Origin: Thermodesulfobacteriota bacterium | Lineage (GTDB): Bacteria; Desulfobacterota; Binatia; Bin18 | DNA: 64,000 nt | Direction of reading: 5' to 3' | NCBI GenBank assembly: GCA_964291405.2 | Contig: OZ219926.1 | Location: 1,152,001-1,216,000, forward strand | Shown: piece by piece, positions 30,770 through 40,579 of the stretch | How the letters are laid out: each line of letters begins with the position of its first letter | Numbering within the stretch: the first letter of the stretch is position 1 | Program-made: the position numbers and the translations under genes | Notes under the pieces: generated by a model | What the model saw: only the letters and a program-made list of their open reading frames with translations | Told to the model about the DNA's origin: nothing | The model's database searches: none

Positions 30770-31092
30770 TGGCCGAAGTGCCCCTGCCGGAGCCGTTTCA
30801 GAGCCTTGAACCATTCAGCGCCTGGGCTCTGGCCACAGAGCGCGAGCGACGCGCCAAACGTCTGTCCAGCAGTATGGAGGATATTCAGGCGTTCTACGAC
30901 GCGCTTTTTCCTCAACTGGAAGCTGTGGTTGCCTATCTCGACCAATTTCCGCTTGACCAACTCCCCGCAGAGGCGCAGCCGCTCTACTATCTGACGCTTT
31001 CGCTGGTGGAAGTCACCAGCGCCGTAGAACTGTATCACAATCCCCATATCTTTGAGGCCATTGAGCCCACCCGCTTCCGGCGAGTGGAATAA
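30769..31092 (+). CDS. Conserved ~107-aa hypothetical protein coupled to the Rieske alpha subunit
   Basis: TGATG overlap with the Rieske gene; clear paralog at 53658-54008 ('WALATE.ER...RLSS.M..IQA.YD'). Confidence 0.75.
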   Translation: MAEVPLPEPFQSLEPFSAWALATERERRAKRLSSSMEDIQAFYDALFPQLEAVVAYLDQFPLDQLPAEAQPLYYLTLSLVEVTSAVELYHNPHIFEAIEPTRFRRVE

Positions 31093-31103
31093 CACTCCCA
31101 CGG

Positions 31104-31133
31104 ACGGTTTTCATTAGAACGGTTTTCATCAGA
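31104..31133. repeat. 15-bp tandem duplication upstream of the SDR RBS
   Basis: ACGGTTTTCATTAGA / ACGGTTTTCATCAGA. Confidence 0.7.
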
Positions 31134-31147
31134 AAGGAGCAGCGGCC

Positions 31148-31921
31148 ATGGCTGGGCGATTAGACACAAGAGTAGCACTGGTGACCGGTGGTGGCTCAGG
31201 CATTGGACGCGCCTCGGCGGTGGTTTTTGCCAGAGAGGGCGCCAAGGTCGTTGTTACCGACGTGGATGAGGATGGCGGACAGGAGACGATCCGCATAATC
31301 GAATCGGCCGGTGGAACGGCGCGGTTCGTCCGCGCGGATGTCTCCCAGGCGGCGGAGGTGGCCGCCCTGGTCGAGCAGGCCGTGAGCACCTATGGCCGTT
31401 TGGACTGCGCCCTGAACAACGCCGGTATCCAGGGAGACATCAAGCAGACCGCCGAGTGCAGCCAGGAGAACTGGGACCGGATCATTGCAACGAACCTGAC
31501 CGGCGTGTGGCTCTGCATGAAACACGAAATCCCGCACATGTTGAACCAGGGCGGGGGCGCGATCGTCAACACCGCCTCCAACTTTGGACTGGTGGGATCG
31601 AACGGGATGCCGGCCTATTCGGCCAGCAAGCACGGCGTCCTCGGCCTGACGAAAACCGCGGCCCTGGAGTACGCCAAATCCGGCATTCGGGTCAACGCCG
31701 TCTGTCCGGGACCAGTCCAAACGCCGCTGGTCGATAAGGTCCTGGCCGCCCAGCCCGAGCTGGGCGACCAGATCATCAAGGCCATCGAGGCCAGAGAGCC
31801 GGTGGGGCGCATGGGGCAGCCGGAGGAGATTGCCGAGGCGGTAGTCTGGTTGTGTTCCGATGCCGCCTCTTTTGTGACCGGAACGGCCATGTCCGTAGAT
31901 GGCGGCTTTGTCACGCAGTAG
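31148..31921 (+). CDS. Short-chain dehydrogenase/reductase
   Basis: 'TGGGSGIG', 'NNAG', 'YSASK', 'VNAVCPG', 'VDGG'. Confidence 0.92.
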   Translation: MAGRLDTRVALVTGGGSGIGRASAVVFAREGAKVVVTDVDEDGGQETIRIIESAGGTARFVRADVSQAAEVAALVEQAVSTYGRLDCALNNAGIQGDIKQTAECSQENWDRIIATNLTGVWLCMKHEIPHMLNQGGGAIVNTASNFGLVGSNGMPAYSASKHGVLGLTKTAALEYAKSGIRVNAVCPGPVQTPLVDKVLAAQPELGDQIIKAIEAREPVGRMGQPEEIAEAVVWLCSDAASFVTGTAMSVDGGFVTQ

Positions 31922-31945
31922 CAGCGCGAATCAGGGGAGGGAGCC

Positions 31946-32776
31946 ATGTCCAGCCAGGCGACGAGTCACTATGCCACCATCAACGGCCTCAGGATGCATT
32001 ATGTGGAGTGGGGCGATGCCCAGGCAACGCCTATAGTCTGTCTGCACGGCTTACGGGCCTATGGCCACTGGTTCGATGAGTTGGCCGTGGCCGTGAGCGA
32101 CCGGTATCGGGTCCTGGCCCTGGACCAGCGCGGACGAGGGGAGACCGACTGGGCGGCGGACGGCGACTACACGCGGGAAGCCTACGTCTCTGATGTGGAG
32201 GCCTTTGTCGAGACGCTTCAACTCGACAGGTTCACCCTGATTGGCCACTCGATGGGCGGTCTCAACGCCATGCACTACGCCGCGCGTCACCCCGAGCGGA
32301 TGCTGGCGCTGGGCATCCTGGACATCGGCCCGGAGATTGACCCCGCCGGCATGCAGCGCATACGCGCCGAGCTGGGGGAGACGCCGGCGGGGTTTGACTC
32401 CTGGCAGGCGGCCAAGGCGTTTCTGCAGATGCGCCACCCCAAAGCCTCGGAAGAAAACCGCCAGACGCGCCTCACCTGGATGCTCAAAGAGGGCGCGGAC
32501 GGCAGGATAGCGTGGCGGATAGACCAGGCCATTTTCGATCCAAACCTGAAGCCCGACGATCCGCAGCAGACCTGGGACCTTTTGAGTCAGATTCGCTGCC
32601 CGACCCTGATCCTGCGCGGTGGGGAGTCGGACGTGCTGAGCGTTGACACGTGTCAAAAAATGCTCACCCGCATCCCGGACGGTCGGTGGGTCGAAATTCC
32701 CGGCGCGGGTCATATGGTGATTGAGGATAATCCCGAGGCGTGTAATGCGGCGCTGCTCGACTTCTTCAACCGTTAG
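31946..32776 (+). CDS. Alpha/beta hydrolase
   Basis: 'LHG', 'DQRGRG', nucleophile 'GHSMGG', 'ESD', 'AGH'. Confidence 0.9.
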   Translation: MSSQATSHYATINGLRMHYVEWGDAQATPIVCLHGLRAYGHWFDELAVAVSDRYRVLALDQRGRGETDWAADGDYTREAYVSDVEAFVETLQLDRFTLIGHSMGGLNAMHYAARHPERMLALGILDIGPEIDPAGMQRIRAELGETPAGFDSWQAAKAFLQMRHPKASEENRQTRLTWMLKEGADGRIAWRIDQAIFDPNLKPDDPQQTWDLLSQIRCPTLILRGGESDVLSVDTCQKMLTRIPDGRWVEIPGAGHMVIEDNPEACNAALLDFFNR

Positions 32777-32785
32777 GAGGATATC

Positions 32786-33931
32786 ATGTCCGCCCATCTC
32801 GACCTTCAGGACTTCTCAAAAACCCGGCAGGACCTGCTGCGCGCCAGGCATCTGCCGGGCGAGTTTTACACCTCGCCCGAGATTTTCCAAAAAGAGATCG
32901 AACAGATCTTCATGAAAGACTGGGTCTGCGTCGGACGGGTCGAGCAATATACTAAGCCGGGCGACTACCGCGCCCTGCGGATTGCCGGCGAGCCCGTCCT
33001 TGTCTGTAAGGATAAGAGCGGCGCACTGCATGCCTTTGCCAACGTGTGTCAGCATCGCGGGGTCGAGGTGGTCCAGGGCGAGGGGAATACCCAGGAGTTC
33101 AGCTGTCCGTATCACGCCTGGACGTACGGTCTGAACGGTGAGCTGACCGGTGCGCCCTACAGTGCACAGGTCACGGATTTCGACTGGAAGTCCTGCCGTT
33201 TGCCCAGCGTTCAGCTCGACACCTGGGCGGGCTATATCTTTATTAACTTCGATCCCCAGGCAGAAAGCCTGGCCTCCTATCTCGCCGTCGACCGCGTACA
33301 GGAAGCCGCCGGGTTTCTACGCGCCGAAGAGACGCGCATCGCCGACGAGTACACCTTTGAGCTGGACTGCAATTGGAAGTTTATCCCGGAAAACCTGATG
33401 GACATCTATCACGTCGGGGTGATTCATGGTTCGTCTTTTGGCAAGATCTTTCCCGTCGATAAATTTCCGTTCTACCTGACCCCCAACGGCTACCACTCGG
33501 AGTACGAAAGCCTGACCATGGCCCCGGATGGCGCCTGGCTGTTTGGCAAGGCCATGCCCTGGCTGGAACAGAAATCGAAATCCTTTGCCTTTACCATCTT
33601 CATCCGGCCGAGCTTCAATATGTTTGCCCGGCCCGACATGCTCCAGCCGTGGTTCTGTCATCCCATCGCGCCGGACAAAACGCGCATTACCATATTGACC
33701 CAATACCCGGACGAGTGGTTTGAACAGCCAGCCTTCGAGGCCAAGAACACGGTGGTCAAGGATTTCATTCGGCTGGTCGCCGGCGAAGACACCGAGATGA
33801 TGCTCTCGCTCCAGAACGGCGTCGGCTCCCGCAACTTCCGTCCCGGTCCGACTATGGGCCTCGAAAAAGCCATCCACCATTTGCTGAACTCCTATCTCGA
33901 TCGCATGTTCGGAGCGGAGGCGGCGGGGTGA
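32786..33931 (+). CDS. Rieske oxygenase alpha subunit (choline/carnitine monooxygenase-like group)
   Basis: 'CQHRG...CPYHAW', 'NWKFIPENLMDIYHVGVIH', 'GED'. Confidence 0.88.
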   Translation: MSAHLDLQDFSKTRQDLLRARHLPGEFYTSPEIFQKEIEQIFMKDWVCVGRVEQYTKPGDYRALRIAGEPVLVCKDKSGALHAFANVCQHRGVEVVQGEGNTQEFSCPYHAWTYGLNGELTGAPYSAQVTDFDWKSCRLPSVQLDTWAGYIFINFDPQAESLASYLAVDRVQEAAGFLRAEETRIADEYTFELDCNWKFIPENLMDIYHVGVIHGSSFGKIFPVDKFPFYLTPNGYHSEYESLTMAPDGAWLFGKAMPWLEQKSKSFAFTIFIRPSFNMFARPDMLQPWFCHPIAPDKTRITILTQYPDEWFEQPAFEAKNTVVKDFIRLVAGEDTEMMLSLQNGVGSRNFRPGPTMGLEKAIHHLLNSYLDRMFGAEAAG

Positions 33932-34003
33932 GTCCATCGATTCGCCCGTCTATTTTGGGTGGGCGATAACGCGCCATCACACGCATCGGGATGGGAGACG
34001 AGC

Positions 34004-34897
34004 ATGGAGCACGAGCGTTTCAGTTATTCACCGATTGTCGACCGCAAGCCGCTCCGGTTTCCGAACGGCGCTCGCGTCGCGGTCTGGGTGATTCCGAACA
34101 TTGAGCACTTTCACTTCGACAAGCCCGCGACCTCGATCACGCCGGTTACGGCGCATCTGAAGCCCGACGTGCTGAACTACTCCTGGCGCGATTACGGCGT
34201 GCGGGTCGGTATTTGGCGCATGATGGAGGTGATGGATCGACACGACGTGCCGGGCACGGTCGCCCTGAATTCGGAGGTCTGTGCGCACTATCCGCAAATC
34301 ATTGAGGCCGGCAATCAGCGGCACTGGGAGTGGATGGGACACGGCACGACGAACTCGGTGCTGCTCAACGAGCAGACCGAGTCCGAGGAACGGACACTGA
34401 TCCGGGACGTGGTAGGCACCATCCGGTCGGCAACCGGGACCGCCCCCAAAGGCTGGCTGAGCCCAGCGCTGAGCGAATCCTACCGGACGCCGGATCTTCT
34501 GGCGGAGCATGGAATCGAGTACGTCTGCAACTGGGTCAACGACGAGCAGCCCTACCCGATGCGGGTCGCACAGGGACGCTTGATCTCCATGCCCTATTCG
34601 GTCGAGCTCAATGACATACCGGCCTTCCTTGAGCATGGCATGTCAGCGGAAGAGTTCTACCGGATGATCGTGGACCAGTTCGACGTGCTGTACGAGGACG
34701 GGGCCAAGACCGGGCGGGTCATGGCGATCTGTCTGCATCCCTTCCTGATCGGCCATCCCTTTCGCAGCAAATACTTCGCCAAGGCGCTCGCCCATATCAC
34801 CCAGCGGGAAGAGGTCTGGGTAGCAAAGGGCGGAGAGATCGCAGACTGGTATACCACCCACTGTCTGGATGGGTCCGATGGGAGGGAGCAAGCGTGA
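34004..34897 (+). CDS. Polysaccharide deacetylase family (PuuE/allantoinase-like)
   Basis: 'FPNGARVAVWVIPNIEH', 'WRDYGVRVGIWR', 'WMGHG', 'NDEQPY', 'MAICLHPFLIG'. Confidence 0.85.
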   Translation: MEHERFSYSPIVDRKPLRFPNGARVAVWVIPNIEHFHFDKPATSITPVTAHLKPDVLNYSWRDYGVRVGIWRMMEVMDRHDVPGTVALNSEVCAHYPQIIEAGNQRHWEWMGHGTTNSVLLNEQTESEERTLIRDVVGTIRSATGTAPKGWLSPALSESYRTPDLLAEHGIEYVCNWVNDEQPYPMRVAQGRLISMPYSVELNDIPAFLEHGMSAEEFYRMIVDQFDVLYEDGAKTGRVMAICLHPFLIGHPFRSKYFAKALAHITQREEVWVAKGGEIADWYTTHCLDGSDGREQA

Positions 34898-34985
34898 AAT
34901 TCGGCGTCTTTCTTCCGAACGGCAGAAGCTAAAGACCTGCGCCGTAGATTCGGAGAGCCGGGCGGACCGGAGAGGCTCACCAGTC

Positions 34986-35060
34986 TCAGGTCAGATTATA
35001 GAATTGAATAGCACTGTCGGCGAGGACCTGCCGCTTGTGTTTCTCCGAAAGTTTGTCGGC
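34986..35060 (-). pseudogene. 3'-end relic of an amidohydrolase_2-type gene (copy 1)
   Basis: Reads 'ADKLSEKHKRQVLADSAIQFYNLT*'; nucleotide-similar to 40368-40443. Confidence 0.55.
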
Positions 35061-35062
35061 AC

Positions 35063-36337
35063 TCATATGACGCCCTGCCCAGCCAGTAGGCTGATTTCGT
35101 CATCACTGAAGCCGGCTTGCTTGAGGACCTCTTGCGTGTGCTCGCCTAAATGGGGGGCACCACACTGGAAGGCCGTTACGCGCTGCTTGCCGTCCGTGGC
35201 AACGGAGACCGGGTAAGAGAGGTCGCGGTCGAAGCCGGGCTGACGGATTGCCTGAAAGGTGCCGCGGGCCTGGAAATGTGGGTCGTCGATGTTCTCTTCG
35301 GGATATCTCACGCTCGCCCACAACAAGCCTTTGGCCTGGGCGCGATGAAACACTTCCTCAGCGGTCATGGACAAAACCAGGGTGTCGATCAGCGTACTGA
35401 AACGCTTATGCGCCTCGGACGGTGAACGCTCGGCTAATTCGCGGTAGGCGTCCGATTCGAGATCGTGCTCAATACCAGCCTCATTCAGCATCTCCGTAAT
35501 GATCCGCACGTCGCGGTCGCCCCAAAACAAGAATGCCTTGACGTAGCGCCCGTCCTTGGTCCGGCGCAGCCACGGCGGTGTCCGGCCCACACCCGCGTGG
35601 CGTCCGGTCTGCCGTTGCACAACTTTTTCATTATAGATGTAGCTTGGTAGAGCGACCTCGGTGCAGGTGCTGACCGCTTCGTGAATCGACACATCAATAC
35701 AGTCGCCCTCACTCGCCGACTCGCCCAACTCGCGAAAATTGAGCGCCGCCGTGATCGCAATCACCGCGTGCTCACATGCAATATGATAGGCGTGCCACAT
35801 GCCGGGCGCGATCGGCGGCGTGTCATACGTTTTATCGGGCCGCGGATCGTATCCGCACGACGCCATCACCCCGCCCATCGCCAGCTGCGTCAGGTCCGTC
35901 ATCTTGAAATCACGATAAGGACCGTCGAGCCCAAAAGGGGTAATCGTGCAGACGATGAGACGCGGATTCGACTCCCGCATCTCTTGATACAGCCCAAGCC
36001 GCCGGTCTACGTCGGCGGCCTCGCCAGCATCGATAATAACGTCAGCGCGCTGTCCGAGGCGTTCCAGTACGTTCCGTCCCGCCGGCTGGTCAACCTCAAG
36101 ACGAACGCTCTTCTTCCCCAGGTTATAACGCCAGAAACACAGGCTTTGTTCCGGATCGGGTTGGGATGATGCAAAGGGACCCAGACGACGTGAGGGGGAC
36201 CCCTGGCGGCCCTCCAATTTGATCACGTCGGCCCCAAACGATGCCAGCAAGACGCCGGCGAATTCTCCGCGCTCATCACCGTTTTCGATGATGGCAGTTC
36301 CGTCGAGGGCTGCGCTCAAAGCCGCTTCAGTATTCAA
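35063..36337 (-). CDS. Class III CoA-transferase (CaiB/BaiF), divergent subunit
   Basis: 'LLASFGADVIKLE', 'YNLGKKSV', 'ITPFGLDGPY', 'APHLGEHT.EVL'. Confidence 0.88.
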   Translation of the reverse strand: MNTEAALSAALDGTAIIENGDERGEFAGVLLASFGADVIKLEGRQGSPSRRLGPFASSQPDPEQSLCFWRYNLGKKSVRLEVDQPAGRNVLERLGQRADVIIDAGEAADVDRRLGLYQEMRESNPRLIVCTITPFGLDGPYRDFKMTDLTQLAMGGVMASCGYDPRPDKTYDTPPIAPGMWHAYHIACEHAVIAITAALNFRELGESASEGDCIDVSIHEAVSTCTEVALPSYIYNEKVVQRQTGRHAGVGRTPPWLRRTKDGRYVKAFLFWGDRDVRIITEMLNEAGIEHDLESDAYRELAERSPSEAHKRFSTLIDTLVLSMTAEEVFHRAQAKGLLWASVRYPEENIDDPHFQARGTFQAIRQPGFDRDLSYPVSVATDGKQRVTAFQCGAPHLGEHTQEVLKQAGFSDDEISLLAGQGVI

Positions 36338-37635
36338 ATGATCCAGTCCTCTCTGAGTTGCGCAATTGCCTCGGGGGTCAGCCCAAGCACATCGCGGTAT
36401 ACGGCATCGTTGTCCTCACCCATACACGGTGCAGCGCGGCCTGGCAGTCCGCCGACTTCGACCGGCATAGTGTGGAACTTGGCGGGAAAGCTTTCGATCG
36501 GCCAGGTTCCGATTTCGCTGTGAGGTAATGGCACAAAAGCGCCCCGCTCCTTGAGTTGCGGATCGCGCAGGTAACGATCGGCTGCCGTCTGCACGACACC
36601 GGCTGGGACGCCCCGCTTCTGCAGACGGTGCATCAGCTCGTAGCGGTCTTCACTTTTCGTGAACTCTGCCATCGATCGGTCAAGGTCATCTTCATGGGCT
36701 TTGCGTCCAGCCGCTGTCCTAAAGCGGGCGTCCCGCGCCCAGTCGGGCGAACCGATCTCAGCCACAAACGCTTGCCACTGCTCATCAGTCTGCACGGCTA
36801 GCGCGATCCATTCGTCAGGCCCGCGACAGGGGTACGCGCCATGCGGGGCCCAATCCGCAGCAGGCATCCGGTTGCCATAACGGGGAGTCGATTGCCCGGT
36901 CAGCTGGGCTTCCAGCACTGCGGTCCCGGACGTCATGACCCCGACCTCCGTCTGCGACAGATCAATATAACAGCCACGGCCGGTCCGCCGCCGATTCAAG
37001 AGCGCCAGCATCACATGCATAGCCCCGTAGTAGCCGGTTGAATGGTTAAGATACGAATAGCCCCATCCCGCTGGCGGCATGGGCGCGGGCAAGCCTGACA
37101 TATGGGTCAAACCCGAAAGCGCCTGTGCCGTCGGTCCGACGCTGAGATAATCGTTATACGTCCCCGACTTGCCCATCCCGCTGATCTGGAGATAAATGAG
37201 CCCGGGATTGATCGTACGCAGTGTATCGTAGCCGAGTTCCCACCGCTCCATCTGTCCGGGACTGTAGTTTTCGCACAGGACGGATGCCTTGGCGATCAAG
37301 CGTTTGAACAGGTCGCGTCCCTGCGGCAGGCTCATATTCAGTGTAATGCCATACTTGCCGGGGTTGATGTTATTGAACAGTCCGCTGCGATTCAGACTAT
37401 CGGCTTCCCCATCAGGGGCTTTCGGCAGTACTCCGCGCAGCAGGTCAAGTGCGCGCTGATCGTGCCATTCGACCCGGATCACCTCCGCACCCATGGTCGC
37501 CAGCATCCGTGTCGCATTGGGGCCGGCTACAATCTTCGTCAGATCTATGACCCGCACTCCCTCAAGGGGACGACGGCTGGCGGATTTATTGGGGCTTTTT
37601 GGTGTAGCCGGTTCGGATTGCGTCATTTGTGCCAT
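36334..37635 (-). CDS. Class III CoA-transferase (CaiB/BaiF)
   Basis: 'PLEGVRVIDLT..AGP', 'GAEVIRVE', 'ENYSPG', 'PHGAYPCRG', 'APCMGEDN'; 4-bp overlap with the next CoA-transferase. Confidence 0.9.
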   Translation of the reverse strand: MAQMTQSEPATPKSPNKSASRRPLEGVRVIDLTKIVAGPNATRMLATMGAEVIRVEWHDQRALDLLRGVLPKAPDGEADSLNRSGLFNNINPGKYGITLNMSLPQGRDLFKRLIAKASVLCENYSPGQMERWELGYDTLRTINPGLIYLQISGMGKSGTYNDYLSVGPTAQALSGLTHMSGLPAPMPPAGWGYSYLNHSTGYYGAMHVMLALLNRRRTGRGCYIDLSQTEVGVMTSGTAVLEAQLTGQSTPRYGNRMPAADWAPHGAYPCRGPDEWIALAVQTDEQWQAFVAEIGSPDWARDARFRTAAGRKAHEDDLDRSMAEFTKSEDRYELMHRLQKRGVPAGVVQTAADRYLRDPQLKERGAFVPLPHSEIGTWPIESFPAKFHTMPVEVGGLPGRAAPCMGEDNDAVYRDVLGLTPEAIAQLREDWII

Positions 37636-37707
37636 CGGGGGTCTGCCTCCAGTTCTGTCTGTCCGCGAACATACTCCGGATAGTCTCTGCCTGCAATAAA
37701 ATACGAG

Positions 37708-37872
37708 TTGACATTGCCTTTCCCACGCCATACGACGGCTGCACATGAAAAGGGAGTGTAACGCATATGACTGCTGTCAAACTGGACGAACCGCTATCGA
37801 TTCTCGTTCTGCTCGGGTTGACCTTGCCCGAAGTGTCTGAGGGCGACCTGGCAAAGATTCAGGCCGCGGCGC
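37708..37872 (+). repeat. Duplicate of the promoter region and first 35 codons of the D-2-hydroxyacid dehydrogenase gene at 41438
   Basis: 37767-37872 vs 41438-41543 differ at only two synonymous positions; both preceded by TTGACA-N17-TACGAC (37708, 41379). Confidence 0.9.
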
Positions 37873-38028
37873 TGGGCGTGTTCAGGGCCGGGACCGGGAC
37901 GACAACGGCGCTGTCGGTCGGCTCGTTGGCCTATCTGTTGACCGCCTACCCGCGTACCCGGGGCAGCGGCTTTCTGGTCTGGCGGCCGGATCGGAATATG
38001 TAAGGCAGGTTGGGAATCCCTCGTAAAA

Positions 38029-38262
38029 ATGCGCAAAGGCAAAGAATTCGGACAATATATTGTCGTGGACCAGGACATCTGTCATGGCCAGCCGACCTTC
38101 AAGGGGACCCGGATCATGGTCAAGAGTGTCCTTGAAATGCTTGTTAAAGGTTGGGACTGGGATCGGGTCTCGGCGGCGTATGATGGCCGGATCGACCATG
38201 CCGCTATCGCTGAAGTCCTCTCGCTTGCAGGTGAAGCGCTCATCGAAAAGGCTGAAGGATAG
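38029..38262 (+). CDS. DUF433 family protein (antitoxin-like), without toxin partner
   Basis: 'IVVDQDICHGQPTFKGTRIMVKSVLEML..G'. Confidence 0.85.
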   Translation: MRKGKEFGQYIVVDQDICHGQPTFKGTRIMVKSVLEMLVKGWDWDRVSAAYDGRIDHAAIAEVLSLAGEALIEKAEG

Positions 38263-38372
38263 CCGCCAGAAATGTCCCTTCTACAGCTCAACGTCCTTGC
38301 TTGACCAGAACAAACTTTCGCTTTATATTCGCCCTAATGGGCCAAACGCTAGCATATAATTGTGAGGAATGT

Positions 38373-39461
38373 GTGGCGGACAATCTCTTCTTTGTTGAAT
38401 CCACGGAGCAGTCGCAAGTCAAAACTGCAATCGTTGCGAAATATTTCTGGGCATGGGCCAGGGTGATCATGCCAATTGCCAAAAAGCATGGAGGAAAGAT
38501 AGCCTATCTTGATCTCTTTGCAGGGCCAGGTCGCTACGAGGACGGCACCAAATCCACTCCGCTATTAATTATTGAACAAGCAATTCAAGACACTAACATG
38601 CGATCAATGCTTGTCACTGTGTTCAATGATATGGATTCCGATAATAGCCAATCGCTACAAGCTGCTATCAATGAAATTCCAAATATCGATACCCTGCGTT
38701 ACAAACCCGTCGTCGAGAATGAGGAAGTTGGTGAGAACATTATCAAGATGTTTGAAGAAATGAGTCTTATACCAACTCTCTTCTTTGTTGACCCGTGGGG
38801 CTACAAAGGACTCTCCCTACGGCTGATAAACTCCGTTCTTAAGAATTGGGGATGCGATGCTATTTTCTTTTTCAACTATAATCGAATCAACATGGGGCTC
38901 ACAAACGAATCTGTTGAGCAACACTTGAATGCTCTCTTCGGTCAAGAACGGGCAGACTCGCTCCGTTCCTATATCTCAGAACTCTCCCCAGAAAATCGTG
39001 AGGTCGCTATTGTTGAGGAGATCAGTAACGCTCTCCAAGCCATGGGGGGAACCTACGTTTTGCCCTTTCGATTTCGGACTGCCACCGGCGCACGGACCAG
39101 CCACCATCTCATATTCGTGAGTAAGAACATCCTTGGTTATAAAATAATGAAGGAGATAATGGCTAAGGAAAGCTCTTCGACAGTTCAAGGTATTCCTTCG
39201 TTCGAGTACAACCCCGCAATCAGTACGCAAGGAATTTTGTTTGAGCTAAGTCGTCCGCTTGATGAATTGGGAGAGATGTTACTCAACGATTTTGCCGAGC
39301 AGACGTTGTCGATGAAACAGATATACGAACGTCATCATATTGGGAGACGGTTTATAGAACAGAACTACAAAAAAGTATTGTCTATGCTTGAGGACGAAGG
39401 AAAAATCGTCGCATCACCGCTGCGGCACACCGCCGTAGAGGTACTTTCGCAAACAGTGTAA
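38373..39461 (+). CDS. tcmP: Three-Cys-motif partner protein (methyltransferase-like fold + C-terminal wHTH); possible 3' frameshift
   Basis: '[14 protein letters not shown]', 'YLDLFAGPG', 'KSTPLL', '[10 protein letters not shown]'; directly upstream of DUF5131. Confidence 0.82.
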   Translation: MADNLFFVESTEQSQVKTAIVAKYFWAWARVIMPIAKKHGGKIAYLDLFAGPGRYEDGTKSTPLLIIEQAIQDTNMRSMLVTVFNDMDSDNSQSLQAAINEIPNIDTLRYKPVVENEEVGENIIKMFEEMSLIPTLFFVDPWGYKGLSLRLINSVLKNWGCDAIFFFNYNRINMGLTNESVEQHLNALFGQERADSLRSYISELSPENREVAIVEEISNALQAMGGTYVLPFRFRTATGARTSHHLIFVSKNILGYKIMKEIMAKESSSTVQGIPSFEYNPAISTQGILFELSRPLDELGEMLLNDFAEQTLSMKQIYERHHIGRRFIEQNYKKVLSMLEDEGKIVASPLRHTAVEVLSQTV

Positions 39462-39492
39462 AGGTCACCTTCCCGCCGGAGAGGTAATTCCT

Positions 39493-40284
39493 ATGGCAAA
39501 GTCTTCCATAGAGTGGACTGAGACAACTTGGAATCCCCTAACAGGCTGCCAAAAGATTAGTCCGGGCTGTAAGCACTGCTACGCCGAAAGGATGTCTCAT
39601 CGTCTCCGGGCTATGGGGCAGCCCAATTACGGTAATGGATTCGAGCTAACATTACATCCAAGGGTGCTCTCTGCTCCTTTATCTTGGAAAAGGCCTCAGA
39701 TTGTTTTCGTTAACTCTATGAGTGACCTCTTTCAAGAGGAAGTTCCAGTTAGTTATATACAGGAAGTGTTCTCGATAATGCGTGCAGCATCATGGCATCA
39801 GTTCCAAGTCCTCACCAAACGAGCAGAACGCCTGGAACAGCTTAGCGATGAGATTGATTGGCCAGATAATGTTTGGATGGGTGTCAGTGTCGAGAATCAG
39901 AAATATACTCCACGGATCAGTTGTCTTAGTCGAACTGGAGCTCACATAAAGTTTCTTTCTCTAGAACCTCTCCTTGGACCGCTTTGGAACCTCAATTTGG
40001 CAGATATAGATTGGGTTATCGTGGGAGGAGAATCGGGTCCTGGAGCCCGACCGATTCAAGAAGAATGGGTCCTCAATATCCGTGATCAGTGCCACGCCTC
40101 GCAAGTTCCTTTCTTTTTTAAGCAGTGGGGGGGCGTTAGAAAAAAGCGGACAGGTCGCATTTTGGAAGGACGAACTTGGGACGGGATGCCCAGAAAGTTT
40201 CGGCTTGGTCAAAGAGTCTTGTCCGATGTAGCCAACAAGTCTAGCTTTTATCCGTCAGTAGGCCGTGACCTCGTAGGTACATAA
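39493..40284 (+). CDS. DUF5131 / phage Gp37Gp68 family protein (radical-SAM-like three-Cys motif)
   Basis: '[27 protein letters not shown]', 'FVNSMSDLF', 'FLSLEPLLG', 'WVIVGGESG', 'FFKQWGG'. Confidence 0.92.
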   Translation: MAKSSIEWTETTWNPLTGCQKISPGCKHCYAERMSHRLRAMGQPNYGNGFELTLHPRVLSAPLSWKRPQIVFVNSMSDLFQEEVPVSYIQEVFSIMRAASWHQFQVLTKRAERLEQLSDEIDWPDNVWMGVSVENQKYTPRISCLSRTGAHIKFLSLEPLLGPLWNLNLADIDWVIVGGESGPGARPIQEEWVLNIRDQCHASQVPFFFKQWGGVRKKRTGRILEGRTWDGMPRKFRLGQRVLSDVANKSSFYPSVGRDLVGT

Positions 40285-40367
40285 AAATTTTCTGTAGGAA
40301 AACTTTAGAGAGCCAGGGGCGGATGGTTGGTTACCATGATTTTGAGGGACGTTAGAACTCACCAATC

Positions 40368-40543
40368 TCAAGTCAAGTTATAGAATTGAATGGCGCTGTC
40401 GGCTGAGATCTACTGCTTGTGCTCCTACGAAAGTTTGTCGGCAACTATGGCCGGGGCACCGGGTGAGAAGCCCTCGGGATGGGGATAATCCGTAACCTAG
40501 AGAATCTTGTGCGGGTCGAGATGCTCGGCCAGATAGGCTAATT
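40368..40543 (-). pseudogene. 3'-end relic of an amidohydrolase_2-type gene (copy 2) with in-frame stops
   Basis: Reads 'LAYLAEHLDPHKIL*VTDYPHPEGFSPGAPAIVADKLS*EHKQ*ISADSAIQFYNLT*'; (W)xTDYPH is the amidohydrolase_2 motif. Confidence 0.7.
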
Positions 40544-40579
40544 CAGGGTAAACGGCATAGAGCAGTGTAACGAGCTTCA

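Noticed and set aside
34977-35063. ~90-bp repeat (with 40358-40445) as a conserved ncRNA or riboswitch
   Set aside because: The reverse strand translates as an amidohydrolase C-terminus continuous with a TDYPH motif in copy 2; better explained as a coding relic.
37767-38003. Functional 78-aa protein
   Set aside because: The first 35 aa copy the dehydrogenase N-terminus and are fused to unrelated sequence; treated as a duplication relic.
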